Shown here one piece after another: positions 11,006-19,430 of a DNA stretch of 64,000 nt. The position numbers were made by a program, and so were the translations under genes. The notes beneath the pieces are model-generated. The model had not been told where the DNA came from. It made no database searches and saw only the letters and a list, made by a program, of their open reading frames with translations. Numbering within the stretch: the first letter of the stretch is position 1; every line of letters starts with the position of its first letter. Source of the stretch: Candidatus Hydrogenedentota bacterium (GTDB lineage: Bacteria; Hydrogenedentota; Hydrogenedentia; Hydrogenedentales; SLHB01); contig CAXXTH010000010.1 in assembly GCA_963668025.2 (NCBI GenBank), positions 704,001 to 768,000 of the forward strand, given 5' to 3'.

Positions 11006-11195
11006 AGGAACAATCTCCAGATGATTGAAAACATGTCACGAGGCGGACGCCCATGCGCCGCCTTTACGGAAGGCGTAGTCTAGCAGGCAGTTCTCCCATA
11101 CGCAACAACTTCCCGCCCGCTATCCCTTTTTCAAGCAAACCAATGCTTTCCCGCTTGTTCAGGGAGCGCTAGCGAAATTAGCCGGAAGATATATG

Positions 11196-11672
11196 TCATC
11201 CCTCACTTGTAGGAGGCGCAGGGCTTTCCTGCGTTTCCCGCAGGCGGACATATCGTTTGTTGGATTCGCGCAGGCGTTTGCTGAGCGTGCCGACGATGTT
11301 CAGCAAGATTTGCACGGCGACGCGCTTGGTCATGAGCTTGTGAAACGTGGTTTCGCTCAAGACAAAGAGGTTGGTATCTTCGCCTGCTACAGCGGAAGCG
11401 CTACGGGGCTCTTCGCTGATCAGGGCCATTTCGCCGAACATATCGCCCTCTTGGAGGCTGGTGATATGTTTTTTGCCGTCATATAGATCGACACGCCCGC
11501 CAAGCACGACATACATCGTATTGCCCGTGGTGTTCTGGTAAAAGATCACATTGCCTTTTTGAACATGCACGGTCAACCCGCTGGCGTATATCTTCGCCAC
11601 ATCGTCCGGGTTTAGCTTGGTAAACAGCTCGACCCGTTTCGCCAGCTCACGGAATTGCGTCAAGGAATGCAT
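11196..11672 (-). CDS. Stand-alone cyclic-nucleotide-binding domain protein
   Basis: FGEMALISEEPRSASA phosphate-binding cassette; no HTH. Confidence 0.85.
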   Translation of the reverse strand: MHSLTQFRELAKRVELFTKLNPDDVAKIYASGLTVHVQKGNVIFYQNTTGNTMYVVLGGRVDLYDGKKHITSLQEGDMFGEMALISEEPRSASAVAGEDTNLFVLSETTFHKLMTKRVAVQILLNIVGTLSKRLRESNKRYVRLRETQESPAPPTSEG

Positions 11673-11717
11673 GGCGCTCTCCCCTTCCATGAATGTGAGG
11701 CTGCCGCCTCATTTTTG

Positions 11718-12545
11718 TTACACTACATAGATGTATCGGCTGCAATTCGGGCACGTATGCATGTGCTCTTTGTCATTGCGCACTTGCTGTACGAATTTCG
11801 TTGGCAGCTTGATGAAGCAGCCCTGGCACGTATCGCCTTCGACAGGCACCAGCGCGGGAGGCGCGCCCTTGGTGAGCCGGTCATAATGCTTCAGGATGCG
11901 GGGCTCCACCATCGAGCGGATATTGTCGATGCGCTGTTTGATCTGGGCTTTGCCCGAGCGGGCGTTGGCCAGCATTTCCTGGCAAAGCTGGAGCCGGGCG
12001 AGCAAAATCATGTCGGCGTGGCCATCAGGCGTCTGGTTAAGGCCCGGTTCTGCTTCGAAACCATCGCCCACTCCGTGATCTTCACTAAAGGAGGTGGAGG
12101 TGGTCTCCAGCAGATCGAAAATGTCGTCTTCCGTCTTAGCGGACATGATGCTGAGCAAGTGTTCTTTATCGCCCAGGAGCTTGGCTACCGTGGCGATGAA
12201 GTTAAGGTAGGTCGTCTGCTCCGCAGGGGGATAGCAGATCAAGAAGATCAAATGCACCGGCTTGCGGTCTATGGCCATAAAATCCAGGCCCTCGGGAACA
12301 CGGCCCAGCGCGCACGCGAGGGTTTTCATGCCGGTGACGCGCGCATGCGGCACGGCGATGCCCCGGCCGATGCCGGTGCTTTCCGTAATCTCACGGGCCA
12401 TGATTTGGTCGAGCGCGGGACCCACTTCTTGCATCTTCTTCTTTTCGAAGAGCAGATGAGTCAATTCCTTAAGGGCGTCGGCTTTTGTTTTGGCCTGCAT
12501 CTGAGGCACGATACACGCTTTTGTGATATATTTTGTCAGAACCAT
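11718..12545 (-). CDS. PTS EIIA (Ntr/Fru-type) domain fused to a C4 zinc ribbon (DUF164/zf-RING_7-like)
   Basis: STGIGRGIAVPHAR phospho-His motif; C-terminal CQGC...CPNCSRYIY. Confidence 0.8.
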   Translation of the reverse strand: MVLTKYITKACIVPQMQAKTKADALKELTHLLFEKKKMQEVGPALDQIMAREITESTGIGRGIAVPHARVTGMKTLACALGRVPEGLDFMAIDRKPVHLIFLICYPPAEQTTYLNFIATVAKLLGDKEHLLSIMSAKTEDDIFDLLETTSTSFSEDHGVGDGFEAEPGLNQTPDGHADMILLARLQLCQEMLANARSGKAQIKQRIDNIRSMVEPRILKHYDRLTKGAPPALVPVEGDTCQGCFIKLPTKFVQQVRNDKEHMHTCPNCSRYIYVV

Positions 12546-12731
12546 TCTGTAATTTCCTTCTTCCTCATCCACACCGCGCCACCCTTGTGTTCACTTTCTT
12601 TGGCTGCGGAAACATTCCGCGCCAAACAGTGTAGCATTCCCATGCGGCCTACACAATAAAAACATTGCAGCCAGGCGGCTTTTTTATAAATACGGCCTAA
12701 AATAACGGTTTCCGAGGGAGCCGTTTCCTGC

Positions 12732-12917
12732 TCAGTACCAAATGGAGGTGACCACGATAGGTTCGGAACTGGTCGTTTCCCGATGCTGGCCCATTCCGAA
12801 GCATTGGGTGATTTGTTTGGGCTCCACTTCGTGGTTTTCGAGCCAAGTATTGATATGTTCATCCATTTGGCGCAGCCCTTCGATACTCATTTTACCAATG
12901 AACGTCTGAACACGCAT
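12732..12917 (-). CDS. Small hypothetical protein (61 aa)
   Basis: GGAGG RBS before MRVQTFIGK; co-oriented with the aroK operon. Confidence 0.6.
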   Translation of the reverse strand: MRVQTFIGKMSIEGLRQMDEHINTWLENHEVEPKQITQCFGMGQHRETTSSEPIVVTSIWY

Positions 12918-12975
12918 GCCCTCACCCTCCTGTCCGCTTTGCGGAATTTCACCGTCCCAATTCACCCCATTCCAG

Positions 12976-13485
12976 TTAGCCGCATACGACATCGAGGATG
13001 CTTTGAGCGATTTCGCCCAATGTGCGCCCATCGGTGTCTATCACGTGATCCGCATATTGTGCATACAGCGGTTCGCGTACTTCGAGCACTTCATCTACTT
13101 CATCCAGGAACGATTTTTCCCCCGTGATGGATGGGCGTCCGCCATCGTCTTTAATGCGCTCCTTGATGATGTGCGCGGGAGCGGTAAGCCAGAATACATC
13201 GCCATGCGCTTTGAGGTGCGCCATATTCTGTTCCCTGCGGATAACGCCTCCGCCGGTGTCTATCACCATGCCGCACATGGACGCCGCGTTTTCGGCTACT
13301 TGTGACTCGATATCCCAGAAGGCTTCCCATCCGTGGCTATGTACGAAGCCAGGTATGGAACAGCCTGCCCGCCGTACAATTTCCTCGTCCATGTGGATCA
13401 CATCAAGGTGAGTGGCCATCGCCACCAGTTCCGCCACGCTCGATTTTCCCGTGCCTCGAAATCCGATCAGTACTATGTTCCGCAT
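12976..13485 (-). CDS. aroK: Shikimate kinase
   Basis: NIVLIGFRGTGKS P-loop, DTGGG, RP and REPLY. Confidence 0.9.
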   Translation of the reverse strand: MRNIVLIGFRGTGKSSVAELVAMATHLDVIHMDEEIVRRAGCSIPGFVHSHGWEAFWDIESQVAENAASMCGMVIDTGGGVIRREQNMAHLKAHGDVFWLTAPAHIIKERIKDDGGRPSITGEKSFLDEVDEVLEVREPLYAQYADHVIDTDGRTLGEIAQSILDVVCG

Positions 13486-13533
13486 TAGATACCTTGTTGT
13501 ATGATTCAATAAGACAGCACATTGCACGCCGCC

Positions 13534-14865
13534 TTATTGGGAATCCTTCCGCCATAGGGCTTGCCAGCCTAAATGCATCATATATTGGTCGAGCAGCACA
13601 ATGGCCATAAAGGCCTCGGCCACCGGCCACACGCGCGCCACGATAGTGGGATCGCGCCGTGTGACGGCGCTAAGTGTAGCGTTTTCGAGTGTGACTTTGT
13701 CAATAGTATGCTGGTCTTTGGCTATAGTGGGCGTAGGTTTCACTGCCAGGCGCGCCACAATGGGCTGTCCCGTGGCGAGGCCGCCCGTGATCCCGCCTGC
13801 ATGGTTGCCACTGAATTGCACGGTGTTGTTTTCGGCGCTCATCTGGTCGTTGCACTCCGACCCCGTCATGTCTTTCACGGCATATCCCGCGCCTATTTCG
13901 ACCGCCTTGATCGTGCCAATGCTCATCATGCGGCCCAATTCGCCATCGAGCTTGTCAAACACCGGCTCGCCCATTCCCGCAGGCACGCCCGTCGCGACGA
14001 CTTCCACTAGGCCGCCGCTCGAGTCGCCTTGATCGCGAATGGTGACAATACGCTCATACATGGCCATGGCGGCGTCGAAATCGGGACAGTTCAGCGTGGG
14101 ATGAACGCCATACTCATCGAAGACCGCCTCGGGATTCAACGGTTCCGCATCGGCCCGGACTTGGAGCAGGTCCCGCTCCAGCTCGCCTAACACCGCGATC
14201 TTTTCGATAAACCGCATGCTGGGTTTGAAACGTTCTTCACTAAAGAGCCAGCGGTAAATCACATCATGTTTACGGCGCAGCTCTCGGAAGGCTTCCACTT
14301 TGGCCCGGGCCGTTTCCAGGAGCACGTCGGGCGCACGTACGCCCGCGGCTTCTTTCACATACCCGAAAACATCAATGCCATGGCTTTTCAGTATGCGCTT
14401 GGCCACGGCTCCCGCCGCCACGAGGCTGGAGGTATACCGCCCGCTGAAAAAGCCGGCTCCTATCGAATCATCGCAAGAACCATATTTGATGTAGGACGCA
14501 TAGGAGGCATGGCCTGGCCGGGGAGTCCTGTTGGTGGACTGATATTGTTCGATATGCTCGAAGTGGCGGTCGAGGTTCGGGATTAGGATAACGAGCGGCG
14601 TGCCGTTTGTGCAGCCTGCATTATCGAAACCTGGCATAGTGTCCGCGGCGTTCACGCCGCTGAAAATGACCGGCACATCCGGCTCCCGGCGGGGAGAGGT
14701 CAATTCGCCCTGGCCCGGCTTGCGCAAGAGCAGCTCGCGGTAGATCTCTTCCTCCGTGATGCGCAATCCTGGCGGAACGCCCTGCAGATGGGCGGTTAAT
14801 CCTTCTTGGTACGAACCGCCCGCAACGGCGACTTGAAACAATTTACCGTAACTGCAACCTAACAC
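13534..14865 (-). CDS. aroC: Chorismate synthase (divergent, with insertion)
   Basis: TSPRREPD, TNGTP, RPGHA, DSSGG, GEPVFDKLD, NHAGGITGG and KPTPTI; GTG start with GGAGG RBS; adjacent to aroK. Confidence 0.8.
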   Translation of the reverse strand: MLGCSYGKLFQVAVAGGSYQEGLTAHLQGVPPGLRITEEEIYRELLLRKPGQGELTSPRREPDVPVIFSGVNAADTMPGFDNAGCTNGTPLVILIPNLDRHFEHIEQYQSTNRTPRPGHASYASYIKYGSCDDSIGAGFFSGRYTSSLVAAGAVAKRILKSHGIDVFGYVKEAAGVRAPDVLLETARAKVEAFRELRRKHDVIYRWLFSEERFKPSMRFIEKIAVLGELERDLLQVRADAEPLNPEAVFDEYGVHPTLNCPDFDAAMAMYERIVTIRDQGDSSGGLVEVVATGVPAGMGEPVFDKLDGELGRMMSIGTIKAVEIGAGYAVKDMTGSECNDQMSAENNTVQFSGNHAGGITGGLATGQPIVARLAVKPTPTIAKDQHTIDKVTLENATLSAVTRRDPTIVARVWPVAEAFMAIVLLDQYMMHLGWQALWRKDSQ

Positions 14866-15258
14866 CTTTGTTCCTCCTGCATGCGTTGGCCTTACTGAGC
14901 TGGGCAAACGCATCTTTACACTTCATCGTTTGAGAATTCATATTTCTATTCAAAAAAACAGGAATCCTGCTCTCTTTCGGAGAACTCGCCACGGGAGGCT
15001 CAAGAGACACGGGAAATAGAATGACGTTGTGTCGCTTGCGCCCTTTATGGCGTTTCTATTTCATATGTGATTTCCGTACTCCCCTAAACCGCCTGTGCGT
15101 GCCGCGTATCGATATCCCCCCCTTGAAAGTGGCCGATACCCCGCTTCTTTTCGAGCAAGTATCAAGACATGGGAGAATAATGTCAAATCGAATAAATAAA
15201 TAAACAGAATAGGCGAAAAGATACGTAATTTCCTGGCATGTGCAGCGCTGGGATGGGT

Positions 15259-15984
15259 TCATGATCTGCGGCGGTTTATGAATGCTTCCATGAGAGTTTT
15301 CACGGCTTCACCTTCCGGGTCCGTGCGGCTGGCCGCCAGATCATACGCGGTGAGTTGCATCCAACCCGAAATCGTAGGATCCGCGCCTGCTTCCAGGAGA
15401 AGGCGCGCCATAGAGGCGGTGCAGGAATCCGCACAATCACCGAGTGGTGTTTCGCCGATTTGCTCTTCTTCATTGGCGTTGATATCCGCGCCAAGGCTTA
15501 TGAGATATTTCGCCGCCTCGTAATGGCCGTTCAGGCACGCCCAATGCAGCGGCATGCGGGAGCATTCGTCATAACTTGCCAAGCTCTTCTCATAACCGCC
15601 ATGTTCGACCAATAACTGAATAACGTCAAGGTAGCCAAAATGCGTTGCGACATGCAGAGGAGAATCTCCGCCTTCCTCGATGCTGGCGTCTGAATTAGCG
15701 CCATGCTCCAGCAGCATACGCACCTTGGCAAGGCGGTCTTCTGGCTCTTTTTCAAACATAGTGCCCAGCAGCGCGGTGAAGCCATCACCGGTGCAACGCA
15801 CATTCGGGTCTGCGCCAGCCTCCAACACCTTGCGCAGGATATCAGGGCCTTCGGGGCTTGCAAATACCGTTAACGAATTACCGTCTTCCAAGCCCGACAG
15901 ATTCACGCCTTGCTGTATAGCCGCCTGAAAGAGGTCGTCGCGGCCATCGCACAAACAGGCAATCAAGTATTCAAACGTATCCAT
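15259..15984 (-). CDS. Ankyrin repeat protein
   Basis: Repeated xPLH..A..G...V..LL..GAD units. Confidence 0.9.
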   Translation of the reverse strand: MDTFEYLIACLCDGRDDLFQAAIQQGVNLSGLEDGNSLTVFASPEGPDILRKVLEAGADPNVRCTGDGFTALLGTMFEKEPEDRLAKVRMLLEHGANSDASIEEGGDSPLHVATHFGYLDVIQLLVEHGGYEKSLASYDECSRMPLHWACLNGHYEAAKYLISLGADINANEEEQIGETPLGDCADSCTASMARLLLEAGADPTISGWMQLTAYDLAASRTDPEGEAVKTLMEAFINRRRS

Positions 15985-16010
15985 AGGTATTCGCCTTATC
16001 CGTAAGTCAT

Positions 16011-16370
16011 TTATGTGCGGGAAGGGTCTTTGCGGTTCTTATCGTCTGTAGGATTGAGATGGCATGCCGCGCCATTGCTTTTACGAGTGGCGTTTTGCGC
16101 CTGGCGCACCGCAATCCGGAACGACTCGTCGCCCAGGGTGTCCAGATAGGCTTGCCGCTTGCCAGCGGCGTATTGCACGCGGATATAGGCGATATCGAGC
16201 AGGGCGATGCCCAATGCGACGAAAAGCAGCAACGCCATGACGCCCCAGTAGGCGCAGAACATCGCCACGCTCGAGCGGGGGAATTCGGAATAAAGGCCGC
16301 CTATGGCCATGAGCACGCTCGAGGCCAAGGCGGCGATTCCTGTTTTACGCCAGCGCTGTTGCGTCAGCAT
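16011..16370 (-). CDS. Hypothetical membrane protein
   Basis: Two hydrophobic helices; GGAGA RBS. Confidence 0.6.
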   Translation of the reverse strand: MLTQQRWRKTGIAALASSVLMAIGGLYSEFPRSSVAMFCAYWGVMALLLFVALGIALLDIAYIRVQYAAGKRQAYLDTLGDESFRIAVRQAQNATRKSNGAACHLNPTDDKNRKDPSRT

Positions 16371-16394
16371 ATCGTGTTCTCCGGGAATCCGGGA

Positions 16395-16772
16395 TCAGTT
16401 GGGCACCCAGACCTGGTCTTCATACCGCTCGCCCGACGGCGAAACGCGGACGTGCGTCTCGTAGTGGCCGCCCGGGGGAGAGGCTGGCGCGGAGACGACT
16501 GGCGGCGCGGCGGAATAGGAAGTGGCTCGAGCGGTGCGTCCGCCTCCGCGTTCATCCACTTGGTCGCCTATCAACGCGCCCACAAGCGCGCCAGCTCCCG
16601 CGCCGATGAGCGCGCCGTTTCCGGAATGCCCGCTCTGATTGCCAATAATCGCTCCTGAAGCCGCACCCAGCGCCGCACCCACCACCGCGCCATCTTGAGT
16701 GGGCGTGGTGTTGCATGCCAGGGGAACCAACGCCATTGATGCCAGCACAAGTATCTGTACGCGTAACCGCAT
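16395..16772 (-). CDS. Glycine-zipper lipoprotein
   Basis: Lipobox LAC; GAVVGAALGAASGAIIG repeats. Confidence 0.8.
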   Translation of the reverse strand: MRLRVQILVLASMALVPLACNTTPTQDGAVVGAALGAASGAIIGNQSGHSGNGALIGAGAGALVGALIGDQVDERGGGRTARATSYSAAPPVVSAPASPPGGHYETHVRVSPSGERYEDQVWVPN

Positions 16773-16898
16773 GTCTTGTTCCTTTCTATTTACTGCTTCC
16801 GCGCCATCGCGTGTTTGTCTTCCTTATATTATAGACGGCGCTGGCGCGTGTTGTATTCACATATGATTTCAGCCAGTAAAAATGTTACAAAAATTCGC

Positions 16899-18683
16899 CT
16901 AATGCCGGAACTGAGGTTCAATCGTTTTCACTTCCGAGCCGGAAGGAGGAGCGAAATCTCCCGTGTCTCCCGGATTTTGAGGCCGTACGCGGAGCATGGG
17001 GCCGCTTGGCGTATCGACTGTTTCCGCGAACTCGGGATCGGCGTCGGATTGCTTGAGTTTGCGCCAAGCGTCCGTCGGATCCGTGTTCTCATTCACGATC
17101 AGGAGCTTGCGGGCATAAATCGGGGCGGTCATCGCCAATATGCTCAGGTCGCCAAATCCTTCGGAATAGCCCTTTTCCGGCATTGAGGCGGTGACTTGCG
17201 CTCGATAGGTGGACACATTGATTATATTGGGCTTAAACTTCACCATAAGGTCATCTTTATCAATGTTCTTGGTCAGCACGGGTTCGCCGTCACATAGTAT
17301 TTGCACTTTATAGCCTTTTGCGCCCAAGACATTGACATACAGGGTGGCGTCCACCCCTGCCGGGATGATCCCGCCGGGCTTGATGTCTGACTTGCCATCA
17401 CTCAACACATCCGCCTCGAAATAGAGTTTTGGGCCCTTCGGATCGGTCGTAAGAAATGTGCATCCGCGCCGCAAGCCCTCGAGAATGCCAGCTAATGATT
17501 TTTCCTTGGCATACACATAGGTGACCGGCTGGCCCAAGGGGGTGGATTTTCCCCAAGACAGGCTTCCCGCGATGGGGCTTGCCCGAAGCCCGCGTTTCAA
17601 TTCATTGTCCCAAAAGAGCGTGGCCTGGCCGTTTGCCGAGAGCGCGGTCGTGTTCGCCGCGATGGACATGGAGTGGACCAGCCGGCCGGAAGTGTCTTTG
17701 CGCTTATGCTCCGCATCGAGCGCATTGAGGCCGACAGGCGGAATCTCCCGCCACCCCCGGCACCATACTTCGATCAGGTTTACATATGCATATCCGCGCT
17801 GCCAGGGCATTTGGGGAAAGCAGGGATGGGCGATGGCGAAAAGGCCGCCCTGGGATTGTACGCGGTAGACCACTCCTTGGCCGTCTCGGAAATCGTCAGA
17901 GACGGATGGGAAGGTGCCAGGCGCATAAATGAGGGCGACGCCTTTATCATCTGAGCCCCATTCTAGGGCAGGGATGAGCACTACTTTATCTGATTTGAAT
18001 GCAGAGTCGTCGCAGGCGGCCATGGTGTTGCGGTCGGTGATGGCAAGGAAATCCAGCGAGGATTTCTCTGCCCGTTTGATGAGCTCTTCAACGGATTCCT
18101 GGCCGCCACCATATTTCGAATGCGCATGAAGCTCGCCTTTATACCATCCCGCTTCAGTAGAAAAAGCCTTTGATTCGGTTTGCAGTGTCTTTAATCCAGG
18201 GACGCTTGAAGGATTATTGGGATCCGTTCCAGCGTCCAACTCCACCCGGTCGATGACGAGATCGCCGTCGCGATCAAAGTCCATGAGCCCATACGGCCCG
18301 CTGGTGCCCTCAACGAGGTTGACAGGGAGCGTAGCGCGGCCATTCGGAGGCACATCAATAGTCCGGATATCGACCAGAATGGGGACATCGTCTTGGTATA
18401 CATATAGATATGCTTTATACGAGCCTGCGGGGCAGGCCGTTTCAAGCGTACCTTTTGGAACCGGCAGCACGATGTGTGGCGCCGATTCGTCTTGCGTGGG
18501 AGCGAGCTCCACTTTTGAAGGGAGCTCTTGTGCGATGGCATTCGTGACATCTATGTGAAGCGAGCCTTGGGAAACAGGGCCCGCTTCCGTTCCTTTTGGA
18601 GAAAGAGATTCCTGTGCATGCATGGTTATTGGGAAGCATAACATGAACAGCAGGAACTGCGTGATACCTGTCCGGCGCATCAT
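16899..18683 (-). CDS. Secreted PHP-domain (CehA/McbA-like) metallohydrolase
   Basis: Signal peptide, WYKGELHAHS, AITDRN, IAHP; Asp-rich DxDxDG/GTDPNNP motif upstream. Confidence 0.7.
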   Translation of the reverse strand: MMRRTGITQFLLFMLCFPITMHAQESLSPKGTEAGPVSQGSLHIDVTNAIAQELPSKVELAPTQDESAPHIVLPVPKGTLETACPAGSYKAYLYVYQDDVPILVDIRTIDVPPNGRATLPVNLVEGTSGPYGLMDFDRDGDLVIDRVELDAGTDPNNPSSVPGLKTLQTESKAFSTEAGWYKGELHAHSKYGGGQESVEELIKRAEKSSLDFLAITDRNTMAACDDSAFKSDKVVLIPALEWGSDDKGVALIYAPGTFPSVSDDFRDGQGVVYRVQSQGGLFAIAHPCFPQMPWQRGYAYVNLIEVWCRGWREIPPVGLNALDAEHKRKDTSGRLVHSMSIAANTTALSANGQATLFWDNELKRGLRASPIAGSLSWGKSTPLGQPVTYVYAKEKSLAGILEGLRRGCTFLTTDPKGPKLYFEADVLSDGKSDIKPGGIIPAGVDATLYVNVLGAKGYKVQILCDGEPVLTKNIDKDDLMVKFKPNIINVSTYRAQVTASMPEKGYSEGFGDLSILAMTAPIYARKLLIVNENTDPTDAWRKLKQSDADPEFAETVDTPSGPMLRVRPQNPGDTGDFAPPSGSEVKTIEPQFRH

Positions 18684-18774
18684 CCTAGCGTGGTCTCCTC
18701 TGGGATTACTTGACTTGCGATAACATTTCTCTCATAATACCCCAAGCTGCCGCCATAAGCCAAGATATTTGTGC

Positions 18775-18803
18775 TTGCAAAGTGGAATAGGAGATGGTAT
18801 TTT
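18775..18803 (+). promoter_or_regulatory. Sigma70-type promoter of the GntR gene
   Basis: TTGCAA-N17-TATTTT with extended -10 TG. Confidence 0.5.
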
Positions 18804-18874
18804 GGCTGTTGTCTAATCAGATGTTTGTGTGTGTGACCTAGTTTAAGCCAACCGACCCAGGGAGAATTAGAGAC

Positions 18875-19312
18875 ATGTTATCGAGCATCGACATCAACAG
18901 CAGCGTAGCCGTATACGTGCAGATCGAGAATCACGTGCAGTTCGCTATCGCTTCTGGAAGGCTCAAAGCCGGAGACCAGCTGCCATCCGTACGTGAGTTG
19001 TCTGAGCGGCTGGGCGTGAACCCCAACACTGTCGCGAAAGCCTACCGGGACCTCGAAGTCATGGGACTGTTGTACACCCGCCGGGGCATGGGCGTTTTCG
19101 TGAATAAGGGCATCGACACCAAATGCCGTGAAGAATGCCGCAAACGAATCATTAATCGCATGCACGAAGTCGTAGCGGAAGCGAAGGCCTCTGGCATGAA
19201 CAGTAAAGAGATTAGTGATATCGCGGAAAAGTGCTTTGCCCTTGACGTAGACCCCTACAGCACGACTCCGAATTCTGTCATGGCGCTTGCCAAAGCCACG
19301 AAGAAGAAATAA
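18875..19312 (+). CDS. GntR family regulator (YtrA-like)
   Basis: YVQI...GDQLPSVRELSERLGVNPNTVAKAY...RRGMGVFV. Confidence 0.92.
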   Translation: MLSSIDINSSVAVYVQIENHVQFAIASGRLKAGDQLPSVRELSERLGVNPNTVAKAYRDLEVMGLLYTRRGMGVFVNKGIDTKCREECRKRIINRMHEVVAEAKASGMNSKEISDIAEKCFALDVDPYSTTPNSVMALAKATKKK

Positions 19313-19393
19313 GCGCATCTTTTTGAACCAAACGACAAAACAAGAGTGCATCCGCATTAGACAACGCGATATATGGCGAGTGAGTGATAATAG

Positions 19394-19430
19394 GCGGGAA
19401 TCTCAAAGAGATTGAGATGCCCGCTTTTTT
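19394..19430 (+). terminator. Rho-independent terminator; insertion site of intron copy 1
   Basis: GCGGGAATCTCAA...TTGAGATGCCCGC followed by T6. Confidence 0.8.
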
